DNA of 64,000 nucleotides from an uncultured Mycoplasmatota bacterium (GTDB lineage Bacteria; Bacillota_I; Bacilli_A; RF39; UBA660): NCBI GenBank assembly GCA_947643405.1, contig CANRVY010000001.1, positions 31,852 to 95,851 of the forward strand, read 5' to 3'. Shown piece by piece: positions 57,401 to 64,000 of this stretch (position 1 is its first letter; each line of letters starts with the position of its first letter). The notes under the pieces were generated by a model. It saw only the letters and a program-made list of their open reading frames with translations, ran no database searches and was not told where the DNA came from. The position numbers and the translations under genes were made by a program.

Positions 57401-59099
57401 ATAAACTGTGTCTTCCAAAAGAGCTATCCATAGTACGTGATAATTCTAAAGTATCAATAACCGTATTGGTATATTCTCCTAAATTATATTTTTGATATGC
57501 CATTTCTAAGAAAGAAACATCAAATTTTGCATTATGAGCTACCATTGGAAAATCTCCATACCACTCAATAAATCGTTTGATTGCATTTTCTTCATTGTCT
57601 TTATCTTGTAGCATGTCATCTGTAATACTTGTTACTTCTGTAATTTTTTTTGGAAGAGGTCTACCTGGATTAATTAGTTCATCATATTTATCAACAATTT
57701 CGCCATTTAATATTTTAACAGCTCCAATTTCAATAATGGAATCTCCTCCACCAGCATTAAATCCTGTCGTTTCAAAGTCAAAAACAACATAGGTATTATC
57801 TAATAAGCGGCTATCATTTGGTCTTACTACGATTTTTACTTCATCATCTACCATTGTAAGCTCTGTTCCATATAAAGCTTTAAACTTTTCATTATCTTCT
57901 TTCCCTTTGTTATAGTCTCTTACCATGTTATAAACATGTGGGAAAGCTTGAACTCCATTATGGTCTGTTATTGCAATTGCTTTATGTCCCCATTCCATTG
58001 CCTGTTTTACTAGTTTTGATTCATCTACTAACCCGTCCATTTGACTCATAAAAGTATGAGCATGAAGTTCTACTCTTTTAACAGGAGCATCATCTATTCT
58101 TTTGGCAATTTCTTTCTTTAAAACATTAATATCTTTAATCGAAAAAGTAAGTTCTTTGCTATAAACATCATTTTTTATTGAACCTTTAAATTTGAACCAT
58201 TTGCCTGCTTTTAATTGTTTAGAAATCGTTTTAAATTCTTCTTCATCATTGACAAATATTTTTCCATAAATACTGTCAGTATAATCTGTAATTTTTAAGG
58301 TAATAATTTTAAGTTCCGTTTTTGTTTCTCTCACTTCTGTTCCAAAAATATAACCTTCTATTGTGACATTTGGCACTTCTCCTGCAATTTGTCTTAGTTC
58401 TGTAACTTCTGTTTCAATTAATGTACCCATAATTACATCTGGATTATCTGGTTCTTGAATTAAAGGTTTTCTTTTAAAGTCTTTTGGAATAAATTTCTTT
58501 TTTGATTCTTCTGCTTGTTCTACTGCTGGTTCTGGCCTATTTAATAATTTTTCATGAATAGAAGCTAGCCTTTCTGCTTCTATTTCTTTTTCTACTTCAC
58601 TATTAATATCACTATTTACATTGATTACTATAGATATATTGATTCCTGCTTTTCCTAAATCTGCTAAAAAGTAAGATTCTAGTTCTTCTAGCTTCATTTG
58701 TTCTGCTTTATTTCCTACTACTATAGTTAAAATTTCATTTTTATATTCTGGTTTATAATCTTTTAATATTTCTAAACTTGGAGAATCTGTACTATATTTT
58801 TCTAATAAATACAAATAATATTCCTTTATTTTGTTTTCTTCTATTTCTTCTATTTTAAATGTTGCATCTACTTTTCCAATACTTTCAAATGTTTGGTGTA
58901 ACTTTTCTAAAAAGGAATAAGCTACATTTGGAGGTAAAAGCTTTTTTAGGGTAATTTCAAAACAATAACTCATGACTGTCTTATTGCATTTAATTCGTTC
59001 TAAGCTTCCTCCTTCAAAAAATTGTTTACTTTCTTCATTTATTTCCAATTGTTCTAATAAAATTTTTAGTTTGTCCTGCATTTTACCACCTCTATACAA
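54453..59099 (-). CDS. polC: DNA polymerase III PolC-type (Gram-positive replicative polymerase). The start is possibly the internal MQDKLKIL.
   Basis: 1548 aa. The PHP domain (HAHTFMSQMDG), the DnaQ-like exonuclease (VVFDFETTG) and the polymerase core are in PolC order. Confidence 0.95.
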   Translation of the reverse strand: MYRGGKMQDKLKILLEQLEINEESKQFFEGGSLERIKCNKTVMSYCFEITLKKLLPPNVAYSFLEKLHQTFESIGKVDATFKIEEIEENKIKEYYLYLLEKYSTDSPSLEILKDYKPEYKNEILTIVVGNKAEQMKLEELESYFLADLGKAGINISIVINVNSDINSEVEKEIEAERLASIHEKLLNRPEPAVEQAEESKKKFIPKDFKRKPLIQEPDNPDVIMGTLIETEVTELRQIAGEVPNVTIEGYIFGTEVRETKTELKIITLKITDYTDSIYGKIFVNDEEEFKTISKQLKAGKWFKFKGSIKNDVYSKELTFSIKDINVLKKEIAKRIDDAPVKRVELHAHTFMSQMDGLVDESKLVKQAMEWGHKAIAITDHNGVQAFPHVYNMVRDYNKGKEDNEKFKALYGTELTMVDDEVKIVVRPNDSRLLDNTYVVFDFETTGFNAGGGDSIIEIGAVKILNGEIVDKYDELINPGRPLPKKITEVTSITDDMLQDKDNEENAIKRFIEWYGDFPMVAHNAKFDVSFLEMAYQKYNLGEYTNTVIDTLELSRTMDSSFGRHSLSALVKRYDVPFDEESHHRGDYDAEATAYVFHKMMKKLEGMNFEKISDLDKLVSKDEIHKYGRTFHINLIAKNKVGLKNLFKIVSLANTKYLYKTPRILRSEIARLREGILVGSGCYESEVFTEGRSKSDEELSNIIKFYDYVEVQPPEVYSHLLQMNDFANEAELLEHLRKVIRVTEEAGKLVVATGDVHHLNRDDKIYRSIIVNQKVPGGGRHPLARNNIKEIPCQHFRTTREMVEDFSFLDDETIKRIVIDNPNKIADMCEIIEVIIETGGVPFSPKIDKSVETATELVYTRAADWYGDPLPQNIEERIATELYGDGVLKAIKENMIKEGKQEGEEFTKEALQRLHNIILEGFEPIKDLLRENIKESSEEELLPEDLEKKVKKSLGGIIGGGFDVIYLIAQKLVKHSNDDGYLVGSRGSVGSSFVATMMGITEVNPLPAHYRCLKCKHSVFEDDNGNALGATYSSGFDLPDKICPNCGENMYKDGQDMPFATFLGFNADKVPDIDLNFSDLNQASAHDYTKVLFGVDNVYRAGTIGTVAEKTAFGFVKGYLEDKNLVMRGAEIERIAMGCTGVKRTTGQHPGGIVVIPGYMDVFDFTPFQYPADDVTAAWRTTHFDYHAIDQDVLKLDILGHSDPTQLRMIQDLTGMDITKVPLDDKETMAIFLSPEPLGVTEDQIMCPTGTLGIPEFGTPFTIGMLVDTKPKTFSELIKISGLSHGTDVWLGNAQELIRNKVVPFKDVIGCRDDIMVYLMYNGVEPIKAFKIMEFVRKGKASKDPDTWAGHVEIMKNAGIADWFIGSCGKIKYMFPKAHAAAYVISAFRIAWFKVHMPVIYYATYLSARITDYDIDSMIEGYDAIKRKMQEIQNKGYDATNKDAAVLETLKIALEATARGMKFAPIDLNKSEATTFVVEGDDTMIPPFSTIDGLGDTVAKTLVEEREKHPFLNIEDVQKRGKVSATLMEKMKLMGIFDGMDESSQLSLF

Positions 59100-59142
59100 C
59101 TATATCACTTTTTATTTTTAATAATCTTACTAGTTATAATTT

Positions 59143-59967
59143 CTAACTTTCTTTCTTATTCTTTACCAATTCTTCATGATAGAAATAATTAATATAATGA
59201 ATGTTATGATTCTCACAATATATATTAATTTCATTTGCCAAACTATTCCAATATTCTTTCTTATTTTTTTTATAAAGATCTACATACTTATCATAATATT
59301 CAGGATATTTTTTTTCTATATAATTCATAATATCTGTTTTATATTGCCCTCTTAAGTTGAGATTTTCAAACCAATATTCATCAATATAATTTTTAGATTC
59401 TTCTATAATTTCTTTCCACTCAGTAATATATGGAAATATAGGAGACATAAATAAAACAGTACGAATACCATGATTGTGCAATTCTTTTAATGTATCTAAT
59501 CGTTCTTTTATTGTACTTGCACTATCCATATCTTTTCTAAAATTTTCATCAAGTGTGTTAATTGACATACTAACGGTTAAATTTTTGATTTTTTTTAATA
59601 GGTCAATATCTCTTAAAATTAATTTTGATTTTGTAGAAATAGATAAATAACAATCTGAATTTACTAATTGTTCTAAAATATTTCGGGTTATTTTATATTT
59701 TTCTTCCAACGGATTGTAACAATCAGTTACTGATGATAAAAATACTGTTTTCTTACTTATTTTCTTTAAATTAATTTTCTTGTCACTTCTTTTAATATCT
59801 ATGAAAGTTCCCCAGTCTTCTTTATGTCCTGTAAATCTTTTCATAAAAGATGCATAGCAATATTTACAACCATGAGGGCATCCAATATAAGGATTGATAA
59901 CATAATCACTAGATGGAAGATTGGATTTTGTTAAATATTCATTAACAGCTACTTCTTTTATAATCAT
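59143..59967 (-). CDS. Radical SAM protein, spore-photoproduct-lyase / DNA repair photolyase-like family.
   Basis: YIGCPHGCKYCYA contains the CxxxCxxC motif near the N-terminus. Confidence 0.55.
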   Translation of the reverse strand: MIIKEVAVNEYLTKSNLPSSDYVINPYIGCPHGCKYCYASFMKRFTGHKEDWGTFIDIKRSDKKINLKKISKKTVFLSSVTDCYNPLEEKYKITRNILEQLVNSDCYLSISTKSKLILRDIDLLKKIKNLTVSMSINTLDENFRKDMDSASTIKERLDTLKELHNHGIRTVLFMSPIFPYITEWKEIIEESKNYIDEYWFENLNLRGQYKTDIMNYIEKKYPEYYDKYVDLYKKNKKEYWNSLANEINIYCENHNIHYINYFYHEELVKNKKES

Positions 59968-60118
59968 AACTCACCTCTTAATAGTATAGCAAAAAAGAAT
60001 CAAGATAGAAAGTAATTTGAATAGATTCTTTTTCTACTTTTAGTATATCAATCTATACATTTGTTCGTCAACAAAATTTTATTTCAAAACAAAAAAAATT
60101 CTACTAAATAGAATTTCC

Positions 60119-60976
60119 TTATTTTTTGTCATTTTCTTCTAAGTGATGATATAAATTTTCTAATTTATATCCTTTTCCTTTAATATATTCAATAATTACA
60201 GGTAATTCTTTTTCTACTGTTTGATTAATTGGTAAGGCAATAATACTACCTGCTGTTAAATTCATTTTTACTTCTGATAGGGGAGATTTGGAAATTATTA
60301 TAGTTGGTCTAACTGTATAATCTTTGTTCATCGCACATATTTTAAGGGCTTCTTCGTTTGGCTCTTCATTATAACAAAAGCTAACACGTTGGTTTCCTAC
60401 TCTTTTGATAATTGTATCCATCCAAGCAAATGAACTGTTTTTATAATCCATGTTATAACTTAAATTTCCTACTGTATATTCTTTACCAATCCATTCATAT
60501 ATTTTATCATTGTGATTTTCAAACCAGTTTCCATCAACAAAAAAACTTGCTTTTATTTCTTTTTGTTTTAATATGTTTTCCACTTTTGTTGTATCATCAT
60601 TATCTTGAACTAGAAAAAGCAATGTGACCATATTTTTTTGTGGATTCCCTGAAATAATATACTTATCAAAATTCTTTTCTATGGATATAGATGGAGCGAT
60701 TTTTTTATACACTAATAAATTTTCTTGATAAGAACCTACTCGTTTCATTTTTTCATAGCTTTTTCCTTCATCTACAATCCCACCATAAATACCAGGGATG
60801 ATGGTATCTCCTTTTATAATAGCATCTTCACTTTTGTTTATATGAGTTTCTGCTGCTTTTTTTATTTCTACCATAATTTCATCTGTCTCTTTTACGACAC
60901 GAGCCGTTTTTTCTGTGAAAAAGAAACTGACACAAACCAGAGTAATCATTCCTATGCATTCAAAAAACTTCTTCAT
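60119..60976 (-). CDS. Membrane-anchored putative polysaccharide deacetylase-like protein.
   Basis: N-terminal transmembrane helix. Weak NodB-like segments (VTLLFLVQDNDD, ASFFVDG). Low certainty. Confidence 0.35.
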   Translation of the reverse strand: MKKFFECIGMITLVCVSFFFTEKTARVVKETDEIMVEIKKAAETHINKSEDAIIKGDTIIPGIYGGIVDEGKSYEKMKRVGSYQENLLVYKKIAPSISIEKNFDKYIISGNPQKNMVTLLFLVQDNDDTTKVENILKQKEIKASFFVDGNWFENHNDKIYEWIGKEYTVGNLSYNMDYKNSSFAWMDTIIKRVGNQRVSFCYNEEPNEEALKICAMNKDYTVRPTIIISKSPLSEVKMNLTAGSIIALPINQTVEKELPVIIEYIKGKGYKLENLYHHLEENDKK

Positions 60977-61019
60977 GATATCACCTAATAGAGTATATGA
61001 AGAAGTTTTGATTCCTAGA

Positions 61020-62129
61020 CTATTTTAAATCATAATTTAAGTGTTCCAATTCTGGTAATACAAATAAACCATTTTTTCTCACTAATCGATCATCAAAATA
61101 TAATTCTCCGCCTCCATATTCTTCTCTTTCTATTAAAACCATATCCCAATGAATTGCTGATTTGTTGCCATTAAAAGCATCTTGATAGGCTCTTCCTGGA
61201 GTAAAATGGATACTGCCAATAATCTTTTCATCAAATAAAATATCTCCCATAGGATCTAAAATCATCGGATTAAGTCCAATCGCGAATTCTCCTATATATT
61301 TTGCTCCCTCATCAGTATTAAAAATCTCTTCTAGTTTTTGATTGTTACCATTACAAGTACATTTGATTATTTTTCCATTTTCAAAAGTCAAAGAGACATT
61401 ATTAAAAACGTTTCCTTGATATGGAGAAGGGGTGTTATAAGTAATCGTTCCATTCACACTATCTTTCACTGGTGCAGTATAAATTTCTCCATCTGGAATA
61501 TTTGCAGTTCCACAACATGGAATGACAGGAATATCTTTGATTGAAAATGTGATATCAGTGCTAGGTGCAACTATTCTTACTTTGTCTGTCTTTTCCATTA
61601 ATTCTTTTAATGGTTTTACCATTTCTCTCATAGCAGCATAATCTACATTCATTACATCAAATGCATAGTTTTCAAATTCTTCATTGGTCATCTTTGCTTT
61701 ATAAGCATCTAGATGAGAGGGATAATTTAGTAATACCCATCGTCTTTCATTGATTCTAATATCATCAGTTTCTTCAGTTGCTTCTCCTATTTTTCTTCTA
61801 ATTATTGATGGTACGTTTTTACTCACATAATCATTTGTTAAATATCGAATGTTAACAAAGCAATCATAATTATCAACATCAAATTGTTTATGTTTCTTAA
61901 TTTCTTCAATTCTCTTTTCATTCGTTAATTCTGTTAATAAGGAATCAATATCAGCATCAACATAACGAACAAACGGAATTCCTTTTTCTTCTACTATTTG
62001 TTTGATTAATTCTTTTATTAAGTCATTTGTTCTAAAGTTCCCTGATGTAATTAATACTCTATCGTTCTCTTTTACTTTTAATGAATACTTCACGATTGTT
62101 TCACTCAAATTCCTAATTTTTGAATTCAT
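61020..62129 (-). CDS. Aminopeptidase, M29 (AmpS/PepS) family.
   Basis: The N-terminus SETIVKYSLKVKENDRVLITS and the overall length are typical of thermophilic-type aminopeptidase S/T. Confidence 0.65.
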   Translation of the reverse strand: MNSKIRNLSETIVKYSLKVKENDRVLITSGNFRTNDLIKELIKQIVEEKGIPFVRYVDADIDSLLTELTNEKRIEEIKKHKQFDVDNYDCFVNIRYLTNDYVSKNVPSIIRRKIGEATEETDDIRINERRWVLLNYPSHLDAYKAKMTNEEFENYAFDVMNVDYAAMREMVKPLKELMEKTDKVRIVAPSTDITFSIKDIPVIPCCGTANIPDGEIYTAPVKDSVNGTITYNTPSPYQGNVFNNVSLTFENGKIIKCTCNGNNQKLEEIFNTDEGAKYIGEFAIGLNPMILDPMGDILFDEKIIGSIHFTPGRAYQDAFNGNKSAIHWDMVLIEREEYGGGELYFDDRLVRKNGLFVLPELEHLNYDLK

Positions 62130-62187
62130 TGTGTAAAATCACCCTTTTCTTTCTTTTTACATACTATAATATGAAAGGAGAATTCAT

Positions 62188-62454
62188 ATGTATCAAGAAT
62201 ATTATAGTATTCCTGCAAATAATTATCAGACACGTAATACTTCTATGTCTAGTATGCCTACTTCTAGTACTGTTTACGGAAGTGGAGATGACAGATTGAT
62301 TGCTGGAGGTTTTGCATTTCCATTTTTACTTGGCGGGGTAACTGGTGCTGCTTTAGCTCCTGCATTCTGGAGACCAGCTTATCAACCATATCCTAGACCA
62401 TATCCTCCATATTATCCACCACGTCCACCATATCCTTATTATCGACCATTTTAA
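62188..62454 (+). CDS. Small Pro/Tyr-rich protein with one hydrophobic helix.
   Basis: Perfect RBS AAAGGAG 7 nt upstream, a TATAAT -10 and its own terminator. The C-terminus reads YQPYPRPYPPYYPPRPPYPYYRPF. Confidence 0.5.
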   Translation: MYQEYYSIPANNYQTRNTSMSSMPTSSTVYGSGDDRLIAGGFAFPFLLGGVTGAALAPAFWRPAYQPYPRPYPPYYPPRPPYPYYRPF

Positions 62455-62467
62455 ATAATTTTATTCT

Positions 62468-62496
62468 AGTACAGTTCTTATGAACTGTATTTTTAT
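62468..62496 (+). terminator. Rho-independent terminator of the small Pro/Tyr-rich gene.
   Basis: ACAGTTCTTATGAACTGT followed by ATTTTTAT. Confidence 0.5.
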
Positions 62497-62619
62497 ATAC
62501 ATTTTTTTAACCAAGATGAATAGTAAAAGAATAGGCTATATAATGGCTTTTAAATCTTAACTTTCCTATATTCCTATCTTTCAATTTCCATATTTCTTTT
62601 TCCATACTTTCTTCTTAGC

Positions 62620-62652
62620 ACAAAAAAAGATCGATTCTCAAAATCAATCTTT
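62620..62652 (-). terminator. Putative terminator downstream of rny.
   Basis: Minus strand reads AGATTGATTTTGAGAATCGATCT (one G-U pair) followed by TTTTTTT. Confidence 0.4.
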
Positions 62653-62671
62653 TCTTAAGTAACAATATTAC

Positions 62672-64000
62672 CTATTTTGCTTCTTCTGTTGCTCTTGTTT
62701 CTCTTATAACAGTTACTTTAATCGTTCCAGGATATTGCATCTCTTCTTCAATCTTATTTTTTACATCTCTTGCTATTTTATGACTTCCTAAATCATCTAC
62801 CTCTTCTGGTTTTACAATTACTCGAAGTTCTCTACCAGCTTGAACAGCATATGTTTTATCAACACCTGGCATTACGTTTGCAATATTCTCTAAGTCTTGT
62901 AAACGTTTAATATAATTTTCTAAGGAATCATTTCTTGCCCCTGGACGTGATGCAGATAATGTATCTGCTATCGCAACTATAATAGAAATAACACTAGTTG
63001 GTTCTGTATCTCCATGATGAGATTCTATCGCATTGACCACAATTTCATTTTCCTTATATTTTTGAGCTAAATTACTACCTAACTCTACGTGGCTTCCTTC
63101 TACTTCATGATCAATAGATTTCCCAATATCATGTAATAAACCAGCACGTTTTGCCAATGTAATATTTTCACCTATCTCTGCTGCCAAAATTCCTGATAAT
63201 TCAGCAACCTCTATAGAATGCTGCAATGCGTTTTGACCATAACTAGTTCTAAAATGTAATTTACCAATTAATTCTACTAGTTCAGGATCCATTTTCGTTA
63301 GTCCTAATTCAAATAAAGCTGATTCTCCATATTCTAAAATTTTAGTCCTCATATCTGCACTTGTTTTTTCATAAAGTTCTTCAATTCTAGTTGGATGAAT
63401 TCTTCCATCTTTAATTAATGTTTCAATTGTAACTCTGGCAATTTCTCTACGTAGTGGATCAAAACTGGAAAGAACTATTGCTTCTGGTGTATCATCAATA
63501 ATTAAGTCTACACCTGTTACTGCCTCTATAGTTCTAATATTTCTACCTTCTCTACCAATAATGCGACCTTTCATATCATCATTTGGTAAATTTACAACTG
63601 TTACAGTTTGATCATTTGCTACATCGCTTGCATACTTCTGCATTGATGAAACAAGCAATGATTTTGCTTTCTTATCTACCTCTAGTTTAGCCTCTGCCTC
63701 TGCATCTTTGATATAAGCTGCAATTTCTAAACTCATCATTTCTTCGACTTTTTTCATTACCATTTCTTTTGCTTGATTTTTAGAAAAACCAGCAATTTTT
63801 TCTAACATTTCTATTTGTTCTTTTTTTAAGTCTTCCACTTTTACTTGTTCATTTTGGATTTCTTTTTGTTTATTAATTAAATTATTTTCTTTTTCTTCTA
63901 GCATTTGTTCACGATTTTGAAGCGTCTGATCGCGTCTATCCATACTATTTTCACGATTTATTAAGCGTTCTTCTGCCTCTTTTACTTCTTGTTTTTTTTC
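62672..64000 (-). CDS. rny: Ribonuclease Y. The 5' end lies beyond the window because the reading frame stays open to position 64000.
   Basis: KH domain and HD domain (HHGDTEP..HDIGK). An N-terminal coiled coil continues upstream of the tracked Met with no stop codon. Confidence 0.85.
   Translation of the reverse strand, partial: EKKQEVKEAEERLINRENSMDRRDQTLQNREQMLEEKENNLINKQKEIQNEQVKVEDLKKEQIEMLEKIAGFSKNQAKEMVMKKVEEMMSLEIAAYIKDAEAEAKLEVDKKAKSLLVSSMQKYASDVANDQTVTVVNLPNDDMKGRIIGREGRNIRTIEAVTGVDLIIDDTPEAIVLSSFDPLRREIARVTIETLIKDGRIHPTRIEELYEKTSADMRTKILEYGESALFELGLTKMDPELVELIGKLHFRTSYGQNALQHSIEVAELSGILAAEIGENITLAKRAGLLHDIGKSIDHEVEGSHVELGSNLAQKYKENEIVVNAIESHHGDTEPTSVISIIVAIADTLSASRPGARNDSLENYIKRLQDLENIANVMPGVDKTYAVQAGRELRVIVKPEEVDDLGSHKIARDVKNKIEEEMQYPGTIKVTVIRETRATEEAK

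Noticed and set aside
1..64000. Mobile elements, prophage, CRISPR arrays, tRNA or rRNA genes.
   Set aside because: No transposase, integrase or recombinase ORFs are present. No regular direct-repeat spacer arrays are present. No intergenic segment shows tRNA hallmarks (for example a GTTCGAATC T-arm). The only phage-like gene is the isolated gp1-like kinase.

Overview
This 64-kb window is almost entirely co-oriented housekeeping genes from a low-GC Firmicutes genome, probably Erysipelotrichia-like; about 58 of 60 genes lie on the minus strand. The standard genetic code applies because TGA is used as a stop codon, so this is not a UGA-Trp mollicute. I found no rRNA, tRNA, CRISPR array, transposase or integrase.

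Recognisable core genes, in order along the window:
- miaA, queA, ruvB, ruvA, fmt, priA, tig and greA.
- A cluster syntenic with the Bacillus subtilis alaS-yrzL-yrrK(ruvX)-yrzB-mltG-yrrM-yrrN/yrrO(U32) region.
- alaS and serS, each behind a T-box leader.
- frr, the hrcA-grpE-dnaK-dnaJ heat-shock operon, clpB, polA, polC, a phosphohexomutase and a partial rny at the window end.

The most unusual content is a dispersed family of type IV pilin-like genes, each with a prepilin class III N-terminus (K-G-F-T-L-I-E-L-L). It comprises three tandem ComGC-like pseudopilins at 2.4-4.1 kb, an 875-aa giant pilin at 27.7-30.3 kb, and a 474-aa paralog at 31.1-32.6 kb. The giant pilin carries two tandem glycine-rich domains of about 295 aa that I recall as resembling the ALK/LTK glycine-rich domain (Pfam Gly_rich); this is from memory and needs an HMM search. 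No assembly ATPase, platform protein or prepilin peptidase is in the window.

The heat-shock locus is non-canonical in four ways:
- GrpE has a roughly 50-aa N-terminal extension containing 13 cysteines.
- An unknown 138-aa ORF is translationally coupled between grpE and dnaK.
- pepF sits between dnaK and dnaJ, preceded by a strong stem-loop.
- The hrcA promoter is flanked by two perfect CIRCE half-sites 53 bp apart. By contrast, clpB, which lacks its N-terminal domain, carries a near-canonical 9-bp-spacer CIRCE.

Other oddities:
- A phage T4 gp1-like dNMP kinase lies between the Ala T-box leader and alaS.
- A Fic/Doc-family protein has Q in place of the catalytic His.
- A HipA-like kinase consists of the C-terminal domain only.
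- A cation-diffusion-facilitator transporter is fused to a GNAT acetyltransferase domain.
- A small Pro/Tyr-rich protein has a strong RBS and its own terminator.
- A methylthiotransferase-like radical SAM gene and a BtaA/DUF3419-like gene sit as independent transcription units between clpB and hrcA.
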